A stretch of 64,000 bases of DNA, taken from assembly GCA_037379345.1 (NCBI GenBank), contig CM074512.1, positions 59,479,597 through 59,543,596 on the forward strand, read 5' to 3'. Numbering within the stretch: position 1 is the stretch's first letter; every line of letters starts with the position of its first letter. Made by a program: the position numbers and the translations under genes. Of this stretch, positions 30,301 to 42,300 are shown in pieces. This DNA is from Perna viridis. Lineage: Eukaryota. The notes under the pieces were generated by a model, which was not told the DNA's origin, ran no database searches, and saw only the letters and a program-made list of their open reading frames with translations.

Positions 30301-33300
30301 AAACAACTGATAGATTATTAGTTTATGAACTATTTTTATCATTAGATTTTATATAATGATAGTAAGCAAATTAAATTTCTTGTCTAAAATAAATTTCTTA
30401 TGGTATGTTCTTCTGTACCAAAAGAAAAAAACTTTACTCGAGATATCTCATACTTATAAATAAAGATAAAATCCATACCATCTCTAAATTCTTTTCTTTT
30501 GTAGACTTTACTAATCTCTATTTCCATTGTAGCCATTTCACAGATAAAAGCAGACAGGCGACTTAAACTTTTGTGTCCACTGCCTCCAATTCCAACCAAT
30601 AACATATTTCCACATGGCTGCCTGATCACTCGGATTATCTTGGAAACTTAAAAATATATAGTTAAATTTTAGTATATTGAACATGCTAACTGGAAATCTA
30701 AATTTTTAATCAAGTGGTGTCAATCTATGTTATATTCCAGTCAAATAATGTATAACTGGAAAATTTCAGCTGTTAACAACAAGCCACTAAAATTGAAATT
30801 TATCTTCACCTTTAGTACATTTGCAGTCCTTGCCTTCAAATTTTTTGTCCAGTAGCCCTTTGGGCTAGCAAGTTTGAATTTTTGGTAGCCCGAACTCAAA
30901 ACTAATAGCCCGAAAAATTCAGAAAAAAATAAAGAATTTATCAATGAAATATATATTTTATTGATTCAATAAACAGTCAGTGAAGTCTCTTTAGCAAACT
31001 TCTATCATTCTTGAAAGACTATTCTTCATATTCTTTCAAGAATGACGAAAGTTTACTAAAGAGTGCATCCTCTGCGATCTCTGGCTCATCATCTGCCTCA
31101 TCATCATCATCTTCATCATCACTCCAGTCAGAGTCTAGGGGTACTGTTGTAGTTACCATCACCTGTAAGAAATAAATTGAGAGTTACTGTTAAATAAAAT
31201 GAAAATTAACAGCTGGCAATTAAGTTTTCTTTCAACCCATAAATAATAAATAAAATATGCTAAACACTATGACCCTGAAACATTTAAAACAGCTTTGAGC
31301 AATATTATACTGTATGCATACAAAGGACCGTGCAAATAAAGTTGAAAATCTGCTTTTTTATAGTATAGTAATATTTTTACTTATTAACTGAGCTGTTTAC
31401 AATAAAAAGATCATTCTAATGATAGGTACTTGTGACTGAGGTTCTTGTGGCATTGCCTCAATTGGCTGTGGTGGTGGTTCATCAATAACAACAGGATCAT
31501 CAGGCTCAGCAATCATCGTTTTTTATAGTAACTCTAACATAAAATAAACGTTGCGGCATATTGCTGTTTTTAATAAACGCCCGGTTTTCAGATATCGTCA
31601 GGTTTACTTTGGAATGATTTGACACGAAAGGACAAAAGGTCGCGAAAGTAAATAATGACAAAAATAAACAATAGTGACATTGTCGTAACTTCGTAATTAT
31701 ATTTCGGACAGAATGTAAACACAACGTACTGTAGGTCATTGAAACACTTTAATCTTACACCTTCACAACTCGAATCTGACTAGCCCGGTCGGGCTACGGA
31801 CATTTAAACTGTACTAGCCCGAGGCTGATTTTCCTAGCGCTGGGCTTTGGGCTAGTGGCTAACGTCGAGGACTGTATTTGTTGTTCAAATTGATGATACT
31901 CAGCATCTCATACATAACATATCATTCAAATTTGAAATAAAAATTGGTGTACAGTTTTATTGACACGTACCAATATTCAAAATGTGCTAAATAGCTTGCT
32001 CATTCATATCACAAAACAGCTTCTTTGTAAAATGTAAATTATGCAAATCTGATGAGATTTTAAATCCAGATCACAATGTTTACATTGTCAAATCGGTCAT
32101 GATTTTGTTACCAAGACGATTTTTGGTTGTTGGTAGTTTCTTCTGAGGGTTATCTTTCCTACTAAGTAATTGTTTATTTTCAAATTCGTGAGAAATTACA
32201 TTTTTGTCAAAATAGAAATTAAAAAAATACAATTTAGCAACAAAATGGCGGATTTACAACAGAATTTTCATAAGGAATTATAAAATTCATTTTGATTGAG
32301 CATATCAATCATAAGTACCAATGTTTGGTTTTCATAAACTGAGAAACACATAACAAATGAAAAGAAAGACTAATCTGCCTCGATAAAAGAACGGCTAAAG
32401 AAAATTATGATTAAATTGAAAATGGGTTTGAACAGATGTCAAGTATAGTTTCCAAAGTTTCACTACAGTTTATGAAACTTAGCTTCAGTGAAAATGAAAT
32501 TCCCATTTTGGACAACAAACCACAACAATTTCTTTCTGCAAAAATTACCAGTACAAATTATACAATGACAATTTTATTCTGAAGTGTAAAATGCCCCAAA
32601 GTTTAAGTAAAGGTTTAGTTGAGTTCGATATGGTCTGCTATGTTCTAGAACAGAAGAAAAAAGTTTATTTCAAATGTCAATTTTTGTTTGTGTTCAATTT
32701 AAATACTTGTAACAAATTTGTTCTAGAATTCTCTGAAACTCTTTATAATTCAGTTTTACTGTATGTATTATGAACTAAAGTTATAGAAGGCCTTGTTGGT
32801 TTTTTTTTTTTAAATTACCATAGCAAATAAGCTTTTACAAAATAAGCTGAATACAAAAAAATATCCAGTATATTTTTTCAGGTTTTAACTGTTAATTTAT
32901 TTCAAATGCATCATTTACTCTGTCTTCATTAGACAAACACATCATATACTCAGTCTTCATTAGACACATCATATACTCAGTCTTCATTAGACAAACACAT
33001 CATATACTCAGTCTTCATTTGACACATCATATACTCAGTCTTCATTTGACAAACACAAAACGATTTTTTCAAGACAACACAAAAACAACCTAAACCAAAG
33101 CAGCTTCTTGAAAGAATTTTAGAATGTTGTGCTTCCCATGGTTGACTTTGAGTGTATTTGTGATATCAATCCATGAAGCACTGTATAAAAGTAAAGAGCT
33201 GTCTCCAACTTACTATGCTCTATAGCATCTCTAAACAGGACCAGATCCATTCTAACAGTCCCTGGAGTGTTGTTATACTTCTCTAAAGATTCATATAAAT

Positions 33301-36300
33301 GTTTCCTTAACTTCTCACCATCTATTATGTCTTCATATCTACCTTCTTTGTTCAGAAAGTCACCTTTAATAGAAAACACAAAATGTAAAGTTTTTTTCAA
33401 TAATAACAGAGCCTATTTGTATTTTTTATGATGCCAATCTACTTTTATAGTCCCTTTGAAGTAGAGAATAAATAGTAGCTTTTACAACAATTGTTTCAAC
33501 AATTTCCATATTCAAATTATAAAGTACAAATTTTACTCTGCAGAACAAACTGTAATAAGCAACTTTTTGGTAAAACGTCTTTTTGTAACTGTCATGTTTT
33601 TCAGACATTTTACAGGAAAAAACTGTCCGACAGCTAAATTGAATAGAATATACCAATTACACGTACGGTATTTACAACGGCAGTTGAGGAAATTTTTTTT
33701 TAAAATACTTAAATTTTGTAACATCTTTATGATACAAATATACAAACTTATGTATAATTGTCTTAATGACTCTACTACTTTCAAATGAACTGTTAACATT
33801 GACTTTCTTTGAATATTACCTGAACAGCAGCAAACAAAATTTTACAGACACTGACCTACCCTGAAAATATCTGATAAGTAACACATATGGTTACAAACAT
33901 AACTTGGAGAAGCAAGCAGCAAAAGGACTAACTTGAGAGGCAGAACGCTATGTTGAGATAAATTTTATCAATTATCATATTAAGGAGAAGATCACATACC
34001 AAATACAGGAGACTGTTTGTTTGGACAAATGTTGTGGAAGGTCTGATCAAACAATGAAGCTAACTTGTCTGTCAGGATTGTCACAAAACTGTCATAGTCA
34101 CATTCATCTACCAGTCTATCTGAGAAAACTCTGGAATGGAAAATGCAGAAATTATTTATTTTTTTCATATATGACAGCAAAAGCTATTTTAGACATTAGA
34201 TTACATATCAAATACTCAATTAATAAGAGGCTAAAGGTAGACAAGATGGGGTGAGCAGACAATGTATATTAGGTCACTTCAACATTACTAACTGCAAGGT
34301 TTATTTAGACTACTCTTAATCTATCAGTTGTTTATCTTATTCTAAAAAATACTCTAAAAGTACAGCATTTATATTATATCATATCTTAGAAAGGAAAATA
34401 TTAGTAAAACATGTTTAAAAAACTGCTTAAGTGAACTATTAATTAGTACATGTGTACTTCAAATTTATGGACAATTGATATCTAAAATTTTACAAAGACT
34501 TGGCATTCTGGATTTTTTATTTAAAAGAAGGAATAAGTGGTAAATAATTAGGAACAAAGAACAATGTTTCACCCATGCCAATATTTTACCCTTGCAAAAC
34601 TAAAGTAAAAATAATACATAACATAATCACATCAAAGTTTGTTTTTTTTTTAATTTCATAATACACTGACACCAGTTTACCAAAGGAATTTTAACCCATC
34701 ACTGCCAGAATTACCTGAAACATTCATGAATCCAGAGCCGTATTATTACACCCTTGGTGTCATGTACATCTTTGTGTGCTCTCAACATTCCTTGGAACAC
34801 CTGAAGAAGATTTCAGTCAGAGTTATTAACTATCTAACTTGCTTACCTGGGAACTGGACTGTACACAAATACTCTTATGATGAGAAGCACATGAAAAACA
34901 GCGTTCAGAAGTAAAATTTTATGTTTTAATGTTTCTTAAATAGGAATAAATGTGTCAAACTACTCTTTTTTCAACAATGTTGCCTAGTGCTTGGTGGAAG
35001 TGTTACATAATATGGAATTCCCATCATATAAATTATCTTATTAACTTTACTCATAGTTGATTAAAAATGTAGTTTTTAATTTTACTGCCATCTTACTCAT
35101 GTAAATCAAACACTGACTTTTGATTAAATCACCTTAGAAATATCTCTCAGATTGAACATATAATGCATCTTGGTAGGAGTTGGTTTAAACTTCTGTCGAA
35201 CTGCCTGATACACCTCAATCGTTGCCTTGGTAACAGTCTCCCCCAATGATTTAATATCTTCTTCAAATTCATGAAGTTTCTGGTTGAACATACTGCCAAA
35301 TATCATTCTTATTTGACTCTCCTAAATAAAAATAAAACTATTTTAAATAACCATATCTAAAGAAAGCTTAAACAAGATTCTAATATGATGTCAGTACAGT
35401 ACTTTATCAGCACTAACTCATTTACAGTGCATGGATATGGCCTATAACAGCAGATAGATATATTATATTCTAATATGATGTCCTTAACAGGCTTTGAAAC
35501 CTGAACTGTGGTTGATTTCTGATTGCTAAATGAGCAGCATGTGACTTATTAGGTGTGGCTTGTGAGTGTGTAAATTACTGCCCACCTTAATCATGTAGAC
35601 AAACACATGTAACATTCCCATGTGTATCAGATGTTTTCATTCATTTCAATAGCGTGAATGAACATCAAATTCACATTTAGTAAAAATACTAAACGTCATG
35701 TTTCAGAAAAGTTGTATTATACTCCGTAAAAATCACTTATACAAGTACACTGTAACACTTGCCACGTGCGCCATCATGTATGAAAACAAACAATAACAAT
35801 TGTCAATGAATGAAACATTGTACCTGTCCATGTGTGAACACTGTGACCTTATAATGCAAACAGCTATTGCCATATCTAACATCGTTCTACTTAATTCGCC
35901 CTTGCCTTCATTATAAAAAATACAAAGCAAAGTTTCACTAATGACCATTTCAACTGACATAGATAGAGTAAAGAGTACAACCAAATATGGACATATATGG
36001 CGTGTCTAAGGTTACCGTAATAGGTAATAAAAATGTAAAAAAGTACCATAATTGTCCTATTAGAATTGAAATAAATCATGGAAACTCCATTTTATCATTG
36101 TTTTACCAGGGGCTGACCATTTATACCGCATTATTTTACCCCGAGCGATAGCTGCCATAGATAAATATATAGTCTGAAAAAGTTCAGCACCAGCAGTAAT
36201 ACTTCTATGCTTTTACAAAATTCAAAGCACAGATTTTCAACTTACACAAAACTAAAGCAAATCAGGAGTAGTAATTGGGGATAAATTGAACTGATTCTCT

Positions 36301-39300
36301 TAAAACAATAGCCAATTACTACTCTTGATTAACTTTTTCAGACTACATATTTATCTATGGCAGCTATAATTAAGAAATAAATCTCTTGATTTGCTTTAGT
36401 TTTGATTAAGTTGAAAATCTGTGCATTAAATTTTGATCAGGGATCACCAAACGGATTTCAACAAATGTATACACACCTTTAATTAAGATTTGAAAGGCCC
36501 CATAAACTAGAATAATAAATTATGTGGTAACAGAGCAACTCAAAATCTAACTAAAAAGTAATAAATGATACTAAGACAAATTAATGAACACGTCTCAAGG
36601 AATCTGCAGTGAATTTTTAAACTAGTTTTATAAATTCTTATCTATTCCCCATTAATATCAGGTCAAAAATGAATTGAAACAACAAACCCACCATAAAGTT
36701 TACTCAATAATACATCAATTTTATTTCAATTATTAATACTTACTTGTCACTAATACAATATGGATTATTCCCCTTGAGTTAGTCCATAACTCCCAAACAC
36801 ACAGATGATCTAAACTAAACACATGCTTCAGTTTATTCTTCGGTTGGAAACAAAACGATCCATGTTTTTCATGTGGGACTTTGTGATTTTCTCGGTACGA
36901 GTCCCGATACTTGCATCTTTTTTTCACTGCCATTAAGTATGGCTGAACTGTCTGAAGGTCTTTCGGAGACGGAAACTTTTTCACGATACTGATTCTAGCC
37001 ACAGACCAGAGGCTACAATGTCAATAACTTCGTTGATGTTTGATAGTCAAAAGACGAAGAGGAAACGCTCTTCGAAGACAGCAGAATTAGAGACATGTAT
37101 AAATACATTAGAAATAAGGTTTGACAATCGTTTTGACCAACTTTTTGACCTGTTGAAGGCAGGTAAAGCTTCTCGTCATACAGAAACTTCTATTTCTCAA
37201 ACTGGTGGTTTAGCCACGCAGAAGAATGAAGTCAGGGAAAATGTTTCAAGTTGGGCAGCCCTAGAGTTAGAGATACTGATGAACACTCTATTCTGTCTTT
37301 GCACCCTGATAATCGGGAGAGAGCCAATGTACTGGGTTTGATGTCAGACAATGACAGTGGTACAAATGATTTCATGAGTACAGATAGTCCTAAGCAATTT
37401 GTTAATTCTAGTAGCAAGTCTGATAGTTTCACCAATTATTACCTAATGACAATAATGTTGAGGTTGTTAAAGGAGGCAATGATAGACTATCAAAGATTTT
37501 CAAGGATGAAATTCCCACTGATGATGGTGATTGATCTGTTGGCTTAATTCTTGAAGATTCACAAATTAAGATGTTAGCTAGATCATGGAGGATTGATAAT
37601 CCTAGATATTTAACTTCTTTCAGAGAGGAATATAGACAAAATTTTCCTGTACATGATAAGTCTTTATCAGAGTTACAAGTTCCAGGACTTGATGATATAT
37701 TAGAACCTATGATAAGATATTTACATCCAAAAGGAATGAAAAGCTGGTGTAATGGAAAGCAGTTGTTTTCTGATCCTTTGAAACAAATTGAGAAACTCTC
37801 TTTTTCTGATCAAGTAGCTAGCAGAATGGGTCTTATTACAATTCTTTGGGCTTTCGGGACACTGTTTAATAAATTAGAATCTGACAATGGTGGTGAAGAA
37901 TGTTGTCAGGTAGTTAAAGACTTATTTTCAATTTCAATGAAGGCAATTGATGAAATGGGTCGTGCAGGAGCATTTCATCACACGGTGAGAAGGAAATGTG
38001 CTGCAGCTGATGCAGGTGTTAATAAAAACCTTAAAGATATTCAGCTTAAAGTTTTCTATTTACCTCTCACAGGAGAGGGTGTGTTTGGTAAAGCTTTAGA
38101 AGAGACTTTAGAAAAACGTAAGGAACAAAATAATCAATTACAAGATTGGCTTCCGGAATTTTCTTCTACTTAAGTGGTTTCTGACAATTCTAACAAACAT
38201 AAGTTAGAATATGACAGCCGTGAAGGTTGGTTAAATAAAAATCCTACATATTCAGGGAATCAAGGAGGTGGTTCTCATTCCAGTATTTCACGTCGAAATA
38301 CAAAGTCAGGAAAGAACTTTTCAAAGTCTTCAGCTTTTCCAAAAGATGGCAAAAGTGGTGGCTTTAGCAGTACAGGATCTTGGGGAAATTCTTTTCGAAT
38401 TCCCAAAAAGAAATGTAGTTGACTTGAAACAGGTAATTTTATATCAGAGGCAGGCAGAGATACCTGTAGGGGAAATCTCAGATTTTTTCCTCCAAAATTG
38501 GCAAAAACAACAATAGACCAATGGGTTTTATCAATTGTACAACAGGGTTACAAACTAGAATTCATACAGAAACCCAATTGGTAAGAAATAAAACAAACTT
38601 CTGTTTCTCCAAAAAAATTAAATACTTTAATTCAAGAAGTAAATTCTTTGACAGAAACAAACACAATAAAGCTTGTTCCAGAAGATCAAATACTTTCAGG
38701 TTTTTACAATACATTTTTTCTGGTACCAAAGAAAAATGGCAAAATGAGAACAGTGATAAATCTGAGACCCCTCAACAGGTATCTCATAAAAAAACACTTC
38801 AAAATGGATACTATGAGCAAAGTGTTGAACATAGTAAAGCCAGGAGATTGGGCAGTAAGTCTAGATCTCAGCAATGCATATCATCATATTCCATCATTTC
38901 CAAAACATTAGAAATTTTTTAGGTTTTCAATTCAAGGCAGAGCTTATCAATTCAAAGCTCTGTGTTTTGGCCCAACGTCAGCTCCCAGAGTTTTCACAAA
39001 AGTTGTATCAGTATGCAGCTTATCTGAGAGCAAGAAACATACGCCTAGTAGTAGACTTAGATGATTGGTTATTATTAAAAAAAAAGGAATCACATCTGAT
39101 ATTAGATCGAAACCAATGTCTCAATCTCCTGACCGAACTAGGGTTCATTGTCAACAAAGAAAAGTCCAATCTGTCACCAAGTCAGGGGTTGATATACTTG
39201 GGAGGATTTTTCAATCTAAAGAAGGGTTTACTTCATCCAACACAAGAAAGGATAGCAAAATTGAATTTAGCAGTGCAAACCTTGTCAAAAGGAAAGACTG

Positions 39301-42300
39301 CAACAGCATTGGAATTTCTTCATTTGTTAAGGATAATGGCTTCATGCATAGAATTAATCCCAATGCTCGTCTTTTTATGAGACCAATTCAATTACATCTT
39401 TTGGCATTTTGGAAACCTATGTCTCAAAATTTGAAAATGAAAATTCCTGTTACTCCACATCTATTATCACATCTGACTTGGTGGAGAAATTCAGTGAACA
39501 CGCTGAGAGGCCGATCTTTACAATCTCAGTCAATGCCAATAACCAAAGCAACAGATGCTTCAAAAATAGATTATGGGGGCGTTTTGAACAACAAAATTGT
39601 CCAGGGAGAGTGGTAGGCTTCAGAAATCAAAAAGCATATCAATTGGTTAGAAATGGAGGCAGTAATAAAAACTGTCAAACATTTTCAGAAACATTTGATA
39701 GGCCAGTCAATACTGATCAGATCCGACAACACAACTGTTGTCCAATATATAAACAAACAGGGAGGGACCAAACCTCCTCAGATATGTTTTCTGGCTTGGG
39801 ATCTTTGGAATTTGGCAATTTCAAACAAAATGACTTTAAAAGCTGCTCATATAGTAGGAAAGAAAAATATTCTAGCTGATCAATTGAGCAGAAAGAAAAT
39901 TTGCCCCACAGAATGGACACTGAACAGTCAGATTGTTATGAAACTTTTTAAGATTTGGGGTTACCCTCTGATGGATTTGTTTGCATCAGTGTAGAACCAT
40001 CAGACAGAGGTGCTTTGTCCTTGGACTCCTCATCCACGAGCATATGCACTGGATGTATTGACAATATTGTGGGAGAAGATGTACGCTTATGCATATTCCC
40101 CAATTTGCCTGATACACAGAGTGCTAGAATATATGAGGCAGTTCAACTGTCAAATTCTTCTCATTGCTCCACTATGGCCACGGAGACAATGGTACCCAGA
40201 ACTACTGGAGCTGTTGATAGAGTTCCCAGTCAGACTGCCAGAGATTCAGAATCTGTTGTGTCAACAAGAGACACAAATTTATCACCCAGATCCAGACATT
40301 TTCAGTCTGACTGCATGGCTTCTATCGACAGATCCTATCAAACAGAGGTCTTTTCGAAAAAAACTAGGAAACTTCTCTCCGCCTCTTGGAGACAAGGTAC
40401 ACAGAGGGACTATAGTTCCAAGGTCAAAAAGTATTATAGCTGGTGTGATACAAGGGAAATCAATTCCACTTCCCAACTTTGAGCCAAATTGCAGATTTTC
40501 TTGTATTACTATTTGATGAAGGTTTACAATATAGAACAACGGAGGGTTACAGGTCGATGCTTTCAAATGTTCTTCCTCATATAGACAATGTACTAGTAGG
40601 TCAGCATCCTCATATTTTACGTCTCATTAAAGGGGTTTTTCATTCCAGGTCTCCTGGCATGAAATTATTGCCCGAGTGGGATTTACAGACTGTTCTTGAT
40701 ATGTTACAAAAACAGCCTTTTGAACCTTTGAATGCTATTGATTTTGAATTTTCAACATATAAAACTGTCTTTTTAGTGTCTATAACTACTTTCAGAAGAT
40801 GTAGCAACTTGCAGTCTCTTAGAGTGAACGACACCCAAATGAGGTTTCAACAGAATGGTATCACATTTATAAGCTCAGGGTTATCAAAGCAAGACTGTCA
40901 AAATCACATGGGATCAAAACTGTTTGTTCCATCTATTTAAAACAATGGGAAGTTAGATCCTAGGAAATGTTTATTACAGTGCTTGAAGGTGACAAAGTTT
41001 TAGAGGTACTTTGGGTAAACTTTCTCCTTCAATTTGTGAACCTCACAAACCAGTAACTGTTTCCAGATGGATTGTAGAAACAATTCAATTGGCTTTTCCG
41101 AATACAGTATCAGAGAATGTAAAGGCTCATTCAACTAGGGCAATTGGACCCTCATGGGCATTACTGTGTAAGTACTTTAATTCATGGATACCAATTTTCG
41201 TGGATTACGGAAGAAACACATGTTTGTGGATTCTTGAATTCGTGGTTTTGAGGTGTTTAGTATACACATCAATGGAAATCTCCTTTTTGTTGGGAACCAA
41301 ATTTCGTGGTTTAGCCTACCCACGAAAACCACAAAAATTGGTACCCCACAAACAATAGTATTTTCACAGTATATAAAGGAGCATCTCTACAGAACATATT
41401 AGAAGCTGCAGATTGGTGTTCAGAATCCACTTTTGGGAAATTCTATTTAAGAGACTTGTCAGTTGATGTTTTGCAAAATATGTAGATAAGTTCATTTATT
41501 TTGGCGAGTTGCCCACCAGTTTGGTTTTGATGAAAGTATTTTAACAATTCATGGTGGAAGTATTTTAATCAAGTGTTTTGTGATGAAGAGTCAACATGAC
41601 ACAGTTTATTTGAATGTACTGTTATTCAATTTATGTTCATGATATTTCGAGCAAGGCTTGGAAAGTTATTGGTTTAAAGCATACACCACCTGACAGAGGG
41701 ATAGATTGCTTTGGAATCATCCATGTTGTATTAATGACAAGTAAGTATTAATAATTGAAATAAAATTTCAAAATTTGTAATCAAGTTAAAATTTTATGAG
41801 ATATTAATACTTACTTGTCATCTTTCCCACCACCACCCCATGCTTTCAGTGAAATTGGTTGGGAGTTTAGTTACCTGCCGATAAACTGAAGAATGTGTGC
41901 AAGCAGATGATTTAGGTCCTCAAGGTGTTTAGTTTTGATCATATGTGTGTTTGCAAGTTATGGACTGACTCAAGGGGAATAATCCATATTGTATTAGTGA
42001 CAAGTAAGTATTTATATCTCATAAAATTGTAACTTGATTACAAATTTTGAAAATTCTCTCCATGAAGCACCTCAACATACAACACAGAAACAAAATGAGA
42101 TATCCTCTTAAAAAATGCATGCAGTTTCTGAAAGCCAGCTTAGAACATGTTAACCAATGACAATACCAAAAACACTATGAGCATTAGAAATAATCAGTCA
42201 CTACACTGTCAAAGGGATGGATTTGGTCAAGTAACACCAAGTGTTAAATAGGCAAGATTTGATGTAGTGCAATACTATAAAATTACTTAGTTTTCATGTT

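Larger units (their letters stand above)
36717..42055 (+). mobile_element. Full-length, decayed DIRS1-type tyrosine-recombinase retrotransposon in a dynein intron (antisense to host)
   Basis: Left ITR ~36717-36836 and inverted right ITR ~41881-42055. Internal complementary region ~41720-41820, whose two halves are the reverse complements of the left and right termini. Domain order gag, RT, RNase H, MTase-like, YR. AATT at both ends and no longer TSD. Confidence 0.93.

Noticed and set aside
34847-34858. Possible 12-nt in-frame microexon (tacAG|tccagttcccag|GTAAGC, SSSQ)
   Set aside because: The downstream intron would be only 46 nt, far shorter than any other intron here, and exons 21-22 already join as the conserved RDISKVFQG
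41011-41358. 115-aa ORF as a separate gene
   Set aside because: Chimera of a YR fragment and read-through into the nested MITE
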